DNA of 64,000 bases from Syntrophorhabdaceae bacterium (GCA_963665295.1 OY762209.1:5248001-5312000); one strand, 5' to 3'. Shown: positions 10,023 to 19,940, numbered from the stretch's first letter. The notes: generated from the sequence alone by a model not told the origin. A program made the numbers and translations.

Positions 10023-10589
10023 TTATATCTTCTTGCCTATGGAAAAAGCCCTCCCGAGAGGGACGCCGAGCGCATAGTACTGTTTGAAACCGGGGGCGAA
10101 TACAAGGGGCCTCACCTTTTCGGGGTCGATCCTTCCCTTCTCGTCAACCACCGATTCATCGGCCACGATGTCAAGAATTCCCCCGATGAACTGAGTGTGA
10201 AGGCCCAACTCCAGGACATGGATGAGCTCGCACTGCATGGCAAAGGGGAATTCCTCTATATAGGGCGCGTCCACTACTCCGCTCCTGACGGGCGTAAGTC
10301 CCGTGGCGGCGAACTTATCCACCTTCTTCCCCGTGGCTATGCCGAGATAGTCGACTTCCTTCACATATTTCTCCTGTGCTATGTTCACGGTAAAAGCCTT
10401 CCTTCCCATGATATTACCGTAGGTATAGGTGGCTTTTCTCACAGATATCCCTATGCAGGGGGGTTCCGAGCAGCATATGCCCGCCCAGGCAACGGTCATG
10501 GCATTTGCCTTTCCCTCCGCATCGTACGTTCCTATCACCACCGACGGCGTGGGGTAAAGCAAGGTACCCGCGCCTATGGACTTTTTCAT
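10023..10589 (-). CDS. Flavin reductase-like / flavoredoxin family protein
   Basis: YPTP.VVIGTY, NAMTVAW, APYIEEFP..C and LGLHTQFIG; AGGAGG RBS. Confidence 0.85.
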   Translation of the reverse strand: MKKSIGAGTLLYPTPSVVIGTYDAEGKANAMTVAWAGICCSEPPCIGISVRKATYTYGNIMGRKAFTVNIAQEKYVKEVDYLGIATGKKVDKFAATGLTPVRSGVVDAPYIEEFPFAMQCELIHVLELGLHTQFIGGILDIVADESVVDEKGRIDPEKVRPLVFAPGFKQYYALGVPLGRAFSIGKKI

Positions 10590-10642
10590 GCCTTCCTCCT
10601 GAATCAAACGGTCCGGCGCCCGCCACCGGACGACCGGCTAAC

Positions 10643-10671
10643 ATGATAAACCTATTTGCCCTGTTAATCAA
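10643..10671 (-). promoter_or_regulatory. Sigma70 promoter TTGATT-17-TATCAT for the flavoredoxin gene
   Basis: Near-consensus hexamers with a 17-bp spacer, about 50 nt upstream of the start codon. Confidence 0.5.
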
Positions 10672-10815
10672 CTGCGAAATAAGGTTAACTGCCCCCTCCG
10701 GCCGCCGGAGGGTGGAGGGTGGAGGCCAATTCCTAAGTTTAAATAGGCGGTCCTTACCACCGGAGGGTTCTTAAACCCCACAAATACACCGATTTTACTT
10801 CCCCCTGGGACCGAA

Positions 10816-10835
10816 AGTGTGATATAAATCACACT
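10816..10835. promoter_or_regulatory. CRP/FNR-family-type operator AGTGTGA-TATAAA-TCACACT
   Basis: Perfect TGTGA-N6-TCACA palindrome with extended arms between divergent genes. Confidence 0.7.
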
Positions 10836-11405
10836 GTGATTCACAACATCATAAAAAAGACACGGAGCTATCGTCGTTTCTACCAGAATGAGAAGGTAAC
10901 TCTCGAACAATTGAGGAGCCTCGTGGAACTCGCGCGGCTTTCTGCTTCGGCCTCGAACCTCCAGCCCCTCAAGTTCATACTTTCCTGCGAACCCGAACGG
11001 AACGCCATGATCTTTCCCGTCCTCTCATGGGCAGGCTATCTCAAGGACTGGGACGGCCCCGAGGAAGGCGAAAGGCCCGCCGCATACATAATGCTCCTCG
11101 GCGACAAGGATATCACCGATACATTCGGCGTCAACCACGGCATCGCGGCACAAAGTATCCTCGTGGGAGCGACAGAACTCGGTCTCGGCGGGTGTATTAT
11201 AGGATCCGTGCAGAAGGAGAGGCTCCGCGCCCTTTTCCGTCTGCCCGGCAGATACGAGGTTCTCCTCGTTATCGCCCTTGGAGTGCCTAAGGAGACTGTG
11301 GTCATCGAAGAGGCCCGGGACGGCGACATACGTTACTGGCGCGATGCACAGGGGGTCCACCACGTGCCCAAGCGCCCTCTCAACGATATTATCCTCGACC
11401 TCTGA
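10836..11405 (+). CDS. Nitroreductase family protein
   Basis: RSYRRF, SASNLQP, GIAAQSI.VGA...GLGGC and VIALG.P motifs. Confidence 0.9.
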   Translation: MIHNIIKKTRSYRRFYQNEKVTLEQLRSLVELARLSASASNLQPLKFILSCEPERNAMIFPVLSWAGYLKDWDGPEEGERPAAYIMLLGDKDITDTFGVNHGIAAQSILVGATELGLGGCIIGSVQKERLRALFRLPGRYEVLLVIALGVPKETVVIEEARDGDIRYWRDAQGVHHVPKRPLNDIILDL

Positions 11406-11452
11406 CAAAGGGGCACACCCGACCATGATTCCCCGCAGTCATGGAACCTGCG

Positions 11453-11770
11453 TCACTCTCTCCTCTCCCCGCCATTGAGCATCGACTTCAGAGTCAAGGC
11501 GTTCTTTACCCCATAGCCCTGATAGTCACTGTCGAAGTAACCAAAGGTCTCCCTGCCCCAGCCCCCTACCTTGCCCCTTCCACCTCCTGAGTTCTCCATT
11601 GCTCAAAGCTGTGTATTATAGTGCCGCTGGTCCATGAAGCCTTATGTACACGAAGGGCTTCTCCGCGTATTCATAGTAGGGAAACCTGCCCGCGCTGCCA
11701 TTCCCCCTGCCTCGGGCCGGGCCGATAAAAGAATGGGGATACTGCCGACCGGATGGGCCCACGTGCCGCA
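11453..11770 (-). pseudogene. DUF72 family pseudogene (C-terminal remnant)
   Basis: Minus strand reads AGRFPYYEYAEKPFVYIRLHGPAAL*YTALSNGELRRWK, then after a 1-nt frameshift KVGGWGRETFGYFDSDYQGYGVKNALTLKSML. This matches the DUF72 'FVYxRLHG...W...YFDND..G.A..NA' tail. The 5' boundary is approximate. Confidence 0.7.
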
Positions 11771-11800
11771 GCATGTCCCTGATATACGGCCCTTCGGGCT

Positions 11801-11832
11801 TAAAAAAAGGGCGTCCCCGAAGGGACGCCCTT
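11801..11832 (-). terminator. Rho-independent terminator of hppA
   Basis: AAGGGCGTCCC-TTCG-GGGACGCCCTT followed by a T run on the minus strand. Confidence 0.85.
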
Positions 11833-11853
11833 ACATGATCTCTTTGCTCGATC

Positions 11854-14295
11854 CTAGAGCTTGTCACCAATTCTCATTCCATAGAAGGACCGGTAGATGA
11901 AAACCAGGGCAACCAGGAAGAATACACATGCGATACCCGTCTTCACGCCCTGAGACTGCATGGTAACCGCGATTTCCGTGGCAAGCAGCCCGAAAAGGGT
12001 CGTGAACTTAATAACGGGGTTCATGGAAACCGAGGAGGTATCCTTGAACGGGTCGCCCACGGTGTCGCCCACAACTGCGGCCTCGTGAAGCGCGGTACCC
12101 TTCTCTTTCAGGTCTACTTCGACGATCTTCTTTGCGTTATCCCATGCGCCGCCGGCGTTAGCCATGAAGATGGCCTGATAGAGTCCGAAGAAGGCGATGG
12201 CGACCAGATAGCCGATGAAGAAGTAGGGGTTAAAGAACGAGAGGGCCAAGGCCATAAAGAAGACGACGATGAAGATGTTGATCATACCCTTCTGGGCGTA
12301 GACCGTACAAATTCTCACGACTTCCTTGCTATCCGAGATTGAAGCCTGCTCACTGTCAAGCTTGATGTTCTCTTTGATGAAAACGACTGCACGGTATGCG
12401 CCGGTTACGACGGCCTGTGTCGCTGCGCCGGTGAACCAGTAGATAACCGCGCCGCCCATGAGGAGACCAAGAATGATCTCAGGCTGTACGAGGCTCAGCT
12501 TGGCAACCGCGCCGCCGTAGATACGTTCGAGAAGGATGATGATGCCGAACACCATGGTGGTTGCACCGACCACGGCAGTACCGATGAGCACCGGTTTTGC
12601 CGTTGCCTTGAAGGTGTTACCCGCGCCGTCAGCCTCTTCCAGGTAGTCTTTACCGTTCTCGAAATCAGGAGTGAAACCGAACTGGCCCTTGATCTCTGCC
12701 GCGATATTGGGAATGGCTTCAATTCTTGAAAGCTCGTACACTGACTGGGCGTTATCGGAAACAGGGCCGAAACTGTCAACACAGATGGTAACGGGACCCA
12801 TGCCGAGGAAACCGAAAGCCACGAGGCCGAAGGCGAAGACCGGCGCCGCGAAGGAAAACTCTTTAGGCATGAGCGCCATGATTGAAGGGTTCATAGATAC
12901 GAGATACGCGATAAGCATAAGGATGAGGATGGTAAGTCCTTCCCAGAAGGCGGAGAAGTTACCTGCCACGAAACCGGACAGGATGTCGAGTGATGCACCA
13001 CCCTGACGGGCAGAAGCAACGACTTCCTGCACGTGACGGGAACTGGTGCTCGTAAATACCTTCGTGAATTCCGGTATCAAAGCGCCGGCGATGGTGCCGC
13101 AACTGATGATAACCGCAAGTGCCCACCACAATGAGGCGTACTGGGCGGGAAGGTCGGAAAGCAGCATGTAGCTCGCCCAGAATGTAACGAGGATCGAAAT
13201 AATGGAAGTTACCCAGACAAGGCTTGTCAGAGGAGCTTCAAAGCTGAATTTCTTCTTGTTGCCATACATCGATGAAGTGATTGCGCCGTTTACGAAGTAG
13301 GAAACCAGAGAGGTGAGGATCATGAGGATACGCATTGCGAAAATCCAGATGATGAGAATGCCGCCCATGGTCGGGTTATCCGCAAGGGCAAGGGCAAGGA
13401 ATGCGATAAGGGCAACGCCCGTTACGCCGTAGGTCTCGAAACCGTCGGCAGTGGGTCCAACGCTGTCGCCCGCGTTGTCGCCGGTACAGTCCGCGATAAC
13501 GCCTGGGTTCTTGGGATCGTCTTCAGGAAGATGGAATACGATCTTCATAAGGTCGGAACCGATATCGGCAATCTTTGTGAAGATACCACCGCAGATTCTG
13601 AGTGCGCTTGCGCCAAGAGATTCACCGATAGCAAAACCGATGAAGCTGGGCCCGATAAGGTCTTTCGGGAGGAACACAAGAATGCAGATCATGAAAAAGA
13701 GTTCAACGGAAACCAGCAGGAGGCCTACGCTCATACCGGAGTTCATGGGGATTTTCACTACTTCATAAGGTTTCCCCTTGAGAGCCGCAAAAGCGGTCCT
13801 TGAATTCGCCCTGGTGTTGATCCTCATGCCGAACCATGCCACGCCGTAGGAACCGAGAATACCGAGGACCGAGCAGAAAAGGATGACGATGATATTGAAG
13901 AATGATGCACCCTGAAGGCCTGCGAAATAATAGACGATACAAATGGCGATCAGGACCCAGAGGATGACGAGGAACTTACCCTGCTGGGCAAGGTAGGACT
14001 TACAGGTCTCCCAAATGATGTCGGAGACATCCAGCATCGACTTGTGAGCCGGTGTGTTCTTGGTCTGGTTATACTGAATGATCGCGAAGACCAGACCGAC
14101 AAGGCAGACGACAAGACCGAAGTACATGATTGAAAGTCCATTCATCGCCCCGCCGAATATATTGAACGAAACTTTGCTGAGATCGGGCAGAACGATGTCC
14201 GCCTCACCCGCGAACGCGTGTGTGGCGAGCAGGAGAAGCATGATGCAAATACTGGAGAAAATTGAGACAGGATTACACTTCTTCAAAAAGCTCAT
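11854..14295 (-). CDS. hppA: Membrane-bound cation-translocating pyrophosphatase (divergent, K+-independent type)
   Basis: GGIFTKIADIGSDL..EDDPKNPGVIADCTGDNAGD, GPVSDNA, GNTFKA, GGAWDNAKK and GDTVGDPFKDTS motifs; many TM helices. Confidence 0.95.
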   Translation of the reverse strand: MSFLKKCNPVSIFSSICIMLLLLATHAFAGEADIVLPDLSKVSFNIFGGAMNGLSIMYFGLVVCLVGLVFAIIQYNQTKNTPAHKSMLDVSDIIWETCKSYLAQQGKFLVILWVLIAICIVYYFAGLQGASFFNIIVILFCSVLGILGSYGVAWFGMRINTRANSRTAFAALKGKPYEVVKIPMNSGMSVGLLLVSVELFFMICILVFLPKDLIGPSFIGFAIGESLGASALRICGGIFTKIADIGSDLMKIVFHLPEDDPKNPGVIADCTGDNAGDSVGPTADGFETYGVTGVALIAFLALALADNPTMGGILIIWIFAMRILMILTSLVSYFVNGAITSSMYGNKKKFSFEAPLTSLVWVTSIISILVTFWASYMLLSDLPAQYASLWWALAVIISCGTIAGALIPEFTKVFTSTSSRHVQEVVASARQGGASLDILSGFVAGNFSAFWEGLTILILMLIAYLVSMNPSIMALMPKEFSFAAPVFAFGLVAFGFLGMGPVTICVDSFGPVSDNAQSVYELSRIEAIPNIAAEIKGQFGFTPDFENGKDYLEEADGAGNTFKATAKPVLIGTAVVGATTMVFGIIILLERIYGGAVAKLSLVQPEIILGLLMGGAVIYWFTGAATQAVVTGAYRAVVFIKENIKLDSEQASISDSKEVVRICTVYAQKGMINIFIVVFFMALALSFFNPYFFIGYLVAIAFFGLYQAIFMANAGGAWDNAKKIVEVDLKEKGTALHEAAVVGDTVGDPFKDTSSVSMNPVIKFTTLFGLLATEIAVTMQSQGVKTGIACVFFLVALVFIYRSFYGMRIGDKL

Positions 14296-14430
14296 TTATA
14301 ACCTCCTTGCAAAAATTTTAAACATGCAACCATAACCCTAAGAATTGCCGTACTGTGTGATTCAACCCCATATTTGTTGAAATTCGCGCCAAAAAAATCG
14401 ATGCCTGATGCACCCCTAGTTTTGGGTAAA

Positions 14431-14459
14431 ACCTTACCCTTATTTTATGCACTTGTCAA
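14431..14459 (-). promoter_or_regulatory. Sigma70 promoter TTGACA-17-TAAGGT for hppA
   Basis: Perfect -35, 17-bp spacer and AT-rich upstream element. Confidence 0.55.
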
Positions 14460-15112
14460 ATTAAAAAATTCACAATTAGCACTGAAATATAGTCAATCCT
14501 TCGTAACGGAATTATCTCCGGCCTGTCCCCTTTCTCCATTTCTGTACCGCCCCCGGCCTTCCTCTTCGGCAGCACCCTGCTGAGGGACGTAACACTCCGT
14601 CACGCAACGCCATAAAGCTCAACGCAACGGGGTCAGGGCCCGCTATTGTCCGCCACGCCATAATCGGTCTTGCGGCACGGATTCCGCCCGAGAACCTTTG
14701 TCATTCGCGGTAGGCAATTTCTTCGCATCGGCTCAAAATCGATACCGCCTTTCACCTCCGCGGTGAGGAGTGTAAGCGCCCGGTCATCCCGGCACCCTTC
14801 GCGATCCCGGGGTTGGACACACCTCACCCGCTATGCCCCTATGCGCGCAAAAAACCCCAGGGCTGTCCGGATGGCTTTCTCCCATGCTCTTCCTGTTCGG
14901 GCCTCTTACTAATACCGTCCGTTCATTATTTAAATTATTTCCCCCGGTCATGTCAAGGTTTTTCGATGACACAACAATTTTCTTACGTATTCAATTCGAT
15001 AGGTTACGATTATGTTCGGGTTCGCCCCGCTATGCGAGTTTCTTCCTTAACCGAGCGGCCATGGCACGATGCGGGGCTTTCGCGAAGGCGGCAATGTATG
15101 ATTCCGGGGCGA

Positions 15113-16126
15113 TTACAGTCCGATGCCGTCGATCACGGCTCCGCAAAAGGCGCATGCTCCATCTTTCACCTGATAGTCGCTGATGGCATATCCGTATCTT
15201 TTTATGACCGCTTTCTTGCATGCGTGACAGTAGGTATGTTCGCCTTCGAGTCCGGGGATATTCCCCACATAGACATATCTGAGACCCTCGTCAAGGCCGA
15301 TCTGCCGGGCCCGGACCAGGGTCCCCGCCGGGGTCCTGCCCGCATCGAGGAGTTTGTAGGTGGGATAAAAGGCGCTTACGTGCCAGGGCACTTCCGCGCC
15401 CAGGTCGGTCTTTATGAACCGGGCGATGCCCCTCAGTTCGTTCTCATCGTCGTTATATCCGGGGATCACAAGGGTGGTCAGTTCTATCCAGATACCCAGG
15501 GATTTGTAAAGCCTTATCGTTTCCATCACCTTTGCGAGGTCCGCGGCGCAGACTTTTTTATAAAATCCTTCACTAAAACCTTTGAGGTCGATGTTGGCGC
15601 CGTCGAGGAAGGGTCTTATGGCTCTCAGGGGCTCTTCCTCAATGTATCCGTTCGTCACGAAGTTGTTGAATATGCCCTTCTCCCTTGCCAGCTTCGCAAT
15701 GTCAAAGGCATACTCGTAAAACATGGTAGGCTCCGTGTAAGTGTAGGAGATACTCCTGCAACCCGCTTTTACCGCCATGTCAACGATTTCGCGGGCCTCC
15801 ATCCTCTCCCCGGCAATACACTTTGCGTCCGCCGACATCTGGGATATCTCGTGGTTCTGACAATGCCTGCAGCGAAAGTTACAGCCCACGGTGGCAACGG
15901 AGAACGCCTTCGAGCCGGGGAAAAAATGGTAGAGGGGTTTCTTTTCTATGGGGTCTACATGAGTGGAGCAGGGCATTGCATAGACGAGGGTATAGAGCAG
16001 GCCCCCCTTGTTTACCCGGACCCCGCAAATGCCCCTCGCGCCCTCGCCGATCCGGCAACGGTGTTTGCACAGTCCGCACAGAACCTTGTCATCTTCAAGC
16101 TTTTCGTAAAAAGATGCTTCCTTCAT
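15113..16126 (-). CDS. amrS: AmmeMemoRadiSam system radical SAM enzyme
   Basis: C.LC.HRC...G.CGVR.N, DPIEKKPLYHF, GCNFRCRHCQN, YTYTEP and YVYVGN..T.C..C motifs. Confidence 0.9.
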   Translation of the reverse strand: MKEASFYEKLEDDKVLCGLCKHRCRIGEGARGICGVRVNKGGLLYTLVYAMPCSTHVDPIEKKPLYHFFPGSKAFSVATVGCNFRCRHCQNHEISQMSADAKCIAGERMEAREIVDMAVKAGCRSISYTYTEPTMFYEYAFDIAKLAREKGIFNNFVTNGYIEEEPLRAIRPFLDGANIDLKGFSEGFYKKVCAADLAKVMETIRLYKSLGIWIELTTLVIPGYNDDENELRGIARFIKTDLGAEVPWHVSAFYPTYKLLDAGRTPAGTLVRARQIGLDEGLRYVYVGNIPGLEGEHTYCHACKKAVIKRYGYAISDYQVKDGACAFCGAVIDGIGL

Positions 16127-16236
16127 CTTTTACCTCGAAGATATGGGCGGAGCGCCGGGCCCTGAGGTTACGGTCTCCGGGCTCCCCTTTGGTGGCGCGG
16201 TCCCGGAGACCCTCCGGGATTTCGCCCCACTTTCTC

Positions 16237-18567
16237 TTATCCGAATATTATTTTAATCACGTCATCCATGTTTTTCACGGGGAGGAACTTCAATTTTCTC
16301 TTTACGTAATCGGGAATTTCACTCAGTTCCCTCTTGTTTTCCTCGGGAATGATCACCTTTTCCATGTTCGCCCTGAGCGCCGCAAGGGTCTTTTCTTTCA
16401 GACCCCCGATGGGAAGGACCCTTCCCGTAAGGGTAATCTCGCCCGTCATGGCGATTTTCCGGTTGAGCGGTTTCTTTGTGAGGGCGCTGATGAGGGCGAC
16501 CGCCATGGTGATCCCCGCGGAGGGTCCATCTTTCGGGATGGCTCCCTGGGGCACGTGGATGTGCGCCTCGAGGGTATCGAAAACCTCCTCGGCGATGCCG
16601 AGGACGTCCGCCTTCGACTTGATGTACGTAAGGGCGGCCTGGGCGGATTCTTTCATCACATCGCCCATCATGCCCGTGAGGGCAAGGTCTTTCTTCCCCT
16701 TTCTGCATGATGCCTCGATGTAGAGCACCTCTCCGCCGGATTCCGTCCATGCGAGACCGCTCGCCACACCGACCGTATCGGTTTCCATGCCGGTTTCGGG
16801 CAGATACTTTGCCGGTCCGAGGTAGGAGTGGAGATTTTTCGAGGTTATGGTCACCTTGCTGCTGTCCCCCTCGGCTATCTTCCGCGCCACCTTCCTCGCC
16901 ACGGCCGCCACTTCCCTTTCGAGGTTCCTCAGACCCGCTTCCCGCGTGTACTCTTCGACCATCTTCTCTACCGCGCCGTCGGCGATACGGAGCACGCCTT
17001 CTTTCAGCCCGTTCTCATCGAATTGTTTCGGGATAAGGTACTTCTTCGCGATGGCCACCTTTTCCTTCTGCGTATAACCCGGTATATATATGGTCTCCAT
17101 CCTGTCCTTCAAGGCGGAAGGTATGGTGTCCACCCGGTTTGCGGTGGTGATGAACATTACCTTCGAAAGGTCAAAGGGGATATTCAGGTAATGATCGCTG
17201 AATGCATAATTCTGCTCCGGATCGAGGACCTCGAGGAGCGCGCTCGACGGGTCTCCCCTGAAATCGGAGCCTATCTTGTCAATCTCGTCCATCATGAAAA
17301 CAGGGTTATTCGTACCCGCCTGCTTCAGGTTCTGTATGATCCTTCCGGGCATGGAACCCACGTAGGTCCTTCTGTGCCCCCTGATCTCCGCCTCGTCTTT
17401 CATGCCTCCGAGAGAGATCCTTGAGAATTTTCTGCCCAGCGCCCTCGCGATGGACTTGCCGAGGGATGTCTTTCCCACGCCGGGAGGTCCCACGAGGCAG
17501 AGGATGGGGCCTTTCAACTCGCCCTTCAATTTTATGACACTCAGGAATTCGAGGATCCTCTCTTTCACCTTCTCCAGGTCGTAGTGGTCTTCGTCGAGGG
17601 TCTCCTTCGCCTTCTTGATATCGATATTGTCTTTTGTGGATTTGCTCCACGGCAGGTCCACAAGCCATTCAATGTAGGTCCTGAGCATGGTGGATTCGAT
17701 GGCGTCGGGATGCATCATGTCGAGGCGTTCGAGTTGCTTCAGTGCCTCCTTTTCCACATCCTTGGGCATCTTCGCCTTTTTTATCTTTTTTCTCAGGTCT
17801 TCGATGTCCTCGGTCCTCTCATCCCCTTCGCCGAGTTCGCTCCTTATGGCCTTCATCTGTTCCCGCAGGAAGTATTCCCGCTGAGTCTTCGACATCTCCT
17901 CCTTGGCCTGGGAGAGTATCTTCGCCTGCATGTTGAGGAGCTCTATTTCTTTTCCGAGGATTTCCGAGAGCTTTCTCAGTCTCTCCACAGGATCGACGAT
18001 TTCGAGGACTTCCTGCGCCTTCTCGACGGCAAGCCCGAGGTTTGCGGCGGCGATATCAGCCAGTTTTCCCGGTTCGTCTATGGTATCGAGGACCATCAAT
18101 ATGTCGGGAGGCACCATCCGCCCCATGGACACGACCTTTTCCATCTCCTCCTTCACATATCTCATGAGGGCTTCGATCTCCAGGGTGATCTCCGTGATCA
18201 GGGGTTCCTCAACAGGCTCCACCCGGACGAGGAACGTGGGGGTTTCCTGCACGTATTCAAGTATGCGCGCCTTCTTGATACCCTGGATGAGCACTTTTAC
18301 CCTTCCGTCGGGCAACCGGAGCATCCTCATGATCTGGGACACGACGCCCACGGAGTAGATGCGCTCCGGCAGGGGGTCTTCATCGGTCAGGTCCTTCTGA
18401 GCGGTCACGAGTATCAGCCTGTCCTTGGAAAGTGACTTTTCAACTGCGTTTATCGACATATCCCTTCCCACAAAAAGTGGAAGGATTACCGATGGATACA
18501 TCACCATGTCCCGAACAGGGAGCAAGGGTAGTGTTTCAGGGATATCAAATGTTTCCATTTCCGTCAT
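16237..18567 (-). CDS. lon: ATP-dependent Lon protease (endopeptidase La)
   Basis: LPLLPVRD LON domain, Walker A GPPGVGKT, HRRTYVG and PKDGPSAG catalytic Ser; start moved to the ATG following GGAGG. Confidence 0.97.
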   Translation of the reverse strand: MTEMETFDIPETLPLLPVRDMVMYPSVILPLFVGRDMSINAVEKSLSKDRLILVTAQKDLTDEDPLPERIYSVGVVSQIMRMLRLPDGRVKVLIQGIKKARILEYVQETPTFLVRVEPVEEPLITEITLEIEALMRYVKEEMEKVVSMGRMVPPDILMVLDTIDEPGKLADIAAANLGLAVEKAQEVLEIVDPVERLRKLSEILGKEIELLNMQAKILSQAKEEMSKTQREYFLREQMKAIRSELGEGDERTEDIEDLRKKIKKAKMPKDVEKEALKQLERLDMMHPDAIESTMLRTYIEWLVDLPWSKSTKDNIDIKKAKETLDEDHYDLEKVKERILEFLSVIKLKGELKGPILCLVGPPGVGKTSLGKSIARALGRKFSRISLGGMKDEAEIRGHRRTYVGSMPGRIIQNLKQAGTNNPVFMMDEIDKIGSDFRGDPSSALLEVLDPEQNYAFSDHYLNIPFDLSKVMFITTANRVDTIPSALKDRMETIYIPGYTQKEKVAIAKKYLIPKQFDENGLKEGVLRIADGAVEKMVEEYTREAGLRNLEREVAAVARKVARKIAEGDSSKVTITSKNLHSYLGPAKYLPETGMETDTVGVASGLAWTESGGEVLYIEASCRKGKKDLALTGMMGDVMKESAQAALTYIKSKADVLGIAEEVFDTLEAHIHVPQGAIPKDGPSAGITMAVALISALTKKPLNRKIAMTGEITLTGRVLPIGGLKEKTLAALRANMEKVIIPEENKRELSEIPDYVKRKLKFLPVKNMDDVIKIIFG

Positions 18568-18587
18568 ATTGTATTGTGCCTCCATGA

Positions 18588-19940
18588 TTACGATTTAAAA
18601 AAGGCTTTGAAAGCTCTGCATGTTTCGTGAATATCGAATTTGCTCGATATCTCGTAGGGAGAGTGCATTGCGAGAAGGGCGGGACCACAGTCTATGATAT
18701 CCATGCCGTATGCGGCAAGATACTTCGCTACTGTTCCACCTCCTCCCTCATCGATCTTACCGAGTTCCCCGGCTTGCCAGGTTATGTCCTCAAGAGAAAA
18801 GATGCGCCTGATCCCGGCGATGTATTCGGCGTTGGCATCGCTGGCCCCGGATTTGCCCCCATGGCCCGTATACTTCGAGATACACACGCCACGTCCGAGA
18901 TAACACGCATTCTGCTTTTCATGGACATCCTGATACGTGGGGTTCAAAGCCCCGTTCACGTCCGCCGACAGTGCCCTGGACGAAAAGAGCATTCGCCTTA
19001 CCAGGGCCTCATCGGCCTTTATCTTGAGTCCCTCCAGGATATCATACAGGAATACCTGAAGTACGTTTGATTGCATACCCGTATTGCCTTCGGAGCCTAT
19101 CTCTTCCTTGTCTATGAAGATCGCAAGGCTCGACCGGTCCGGCTCGACCACATCCGCAACCGCCCTGAGGAGGGCGTATGCACTCGACCTGTCGTCCTGA
19201 CCGTATGCGCCGATAAGGCTCCTGTCGATCCCCACGTCCTTCGCTTTGAAGGCGGGTACCACTTCCAGCTCCGCGCTTATGAAGTCCTCTTCCGTAATGC
19301 CGTACGTGTCGTCCAGCACCTTCAGTATCGCTTTTTTCACAGGCTCCTTTTCCTGGCCCACGAGAGGGATACTCCCGAAAAGGAGGGTCAGTTTTTCGCC
19401 CTCGATGCCATTGGACAACGTCTTTTCATCCTGAACCTTCCGGGACAGGTGGGGCAGGAGGTCGTCGATCACAAAAACGGGGTCGTCCTCACGTTCACCT
19501 ATCGTGATATCAATAACCCTTCCATCGGTCTTCACCACGACCCCATGGATTGCGAGAGGAATGGCAACCCATTGATATTTCTTTATTCCACCATAATAAT
19601 GAGTACGCAGCAGACCGAGTTCCACGTCCTCGTAGAGGGGTTTTTGCTTCAGATCGAGTCTGGGCGCGTCAATATGGGCGACCACTATGTTGAGGCCCTT
19701 GGCGGGTTCCTTCTTTCCTCGTACGAAAGCGAGGACCGCTTTGCCCTTGTGGTTGAGGAACACCTTTTCCTGAGCGGCATCCCTGCTGAAGCCCCTCCCG
19801 GACAAAAACTGTTCTATACATCTGACTGCCTCCCGTTCGGTTTTTGCGTCATCAAGAAATGTCTTGTACGCATCCCCGAAACGGAATATTTCTTTGATCT
19901 CTTCTTTGGATTTTCTTTTCCAGCCGGATTCTGTGAGCAT
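18588..19940 (-). CDS. M18 family aminopeptidase
   Basis: AHIDAPRLD, YYGGIKKYQW, GQDDR, EEIGS and MHSPYE motifs. Confidence 0.92.
   Translation of the reverse strand: MLTESGWKRKSKEEIKEIFRFGDAYKTFLDDAKTEREAVRCIEQFLSGRGFSRDAAQEKVFLNHKGKAVLAFVRGKKEPAKGLNIVVAHIDAPRLDLKQKPLYEDVELGLLRTHYYGGIKKYQWVAIPLAIHGVVVKTDGRVIDITIGEREDDPVFVIDDLLPHLSRKVQDEKTLSNGIEGEKLTLLFGSIPLVGQEKEPVKKAILKVLDDTYGITEEDFISAELEVVPAFKAKDVGIDRSLIGAYGQDDRSSAYALLRAVADVVEPDRSSLAIFIDKEEIGSEGNTGMQSNVLQVFLYDILEGLKIKADEALVRRMLFSSRALSADVNGALNPTYQDVHEKQNACYLGRGVCISKYTGHGGKSGASDANAEYIAGIRRIFSLEDITWQAGELGKIDEGGGGTVAKYLAAYGMDIIDCGPALLAMHSPYEISSKFDIHETCRAFKAFFKS

Noticed and set aside
11610..11800. Multi-hairpin ncRNA or riboswitch candidate on the plus strand
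   Set aside because: Better explained by the minus-strand DUF72 pseudogene; no riboswitch consensus matched.
14300..14480. Fluoride/Na+ riboswitch or Rex operator upstream of hppA
   Set aside because: No crcB-type GGnGAUGG core found, and only a Rex half-site (TTGTGAA) is present.
14813..16710. Long plus-strand ORFs (450 aa and 295 aa)
   Set aside because: Antisense shadows of amrS and lon with no recognisable motifs; the same applies to most overlapping ORFs in the track.
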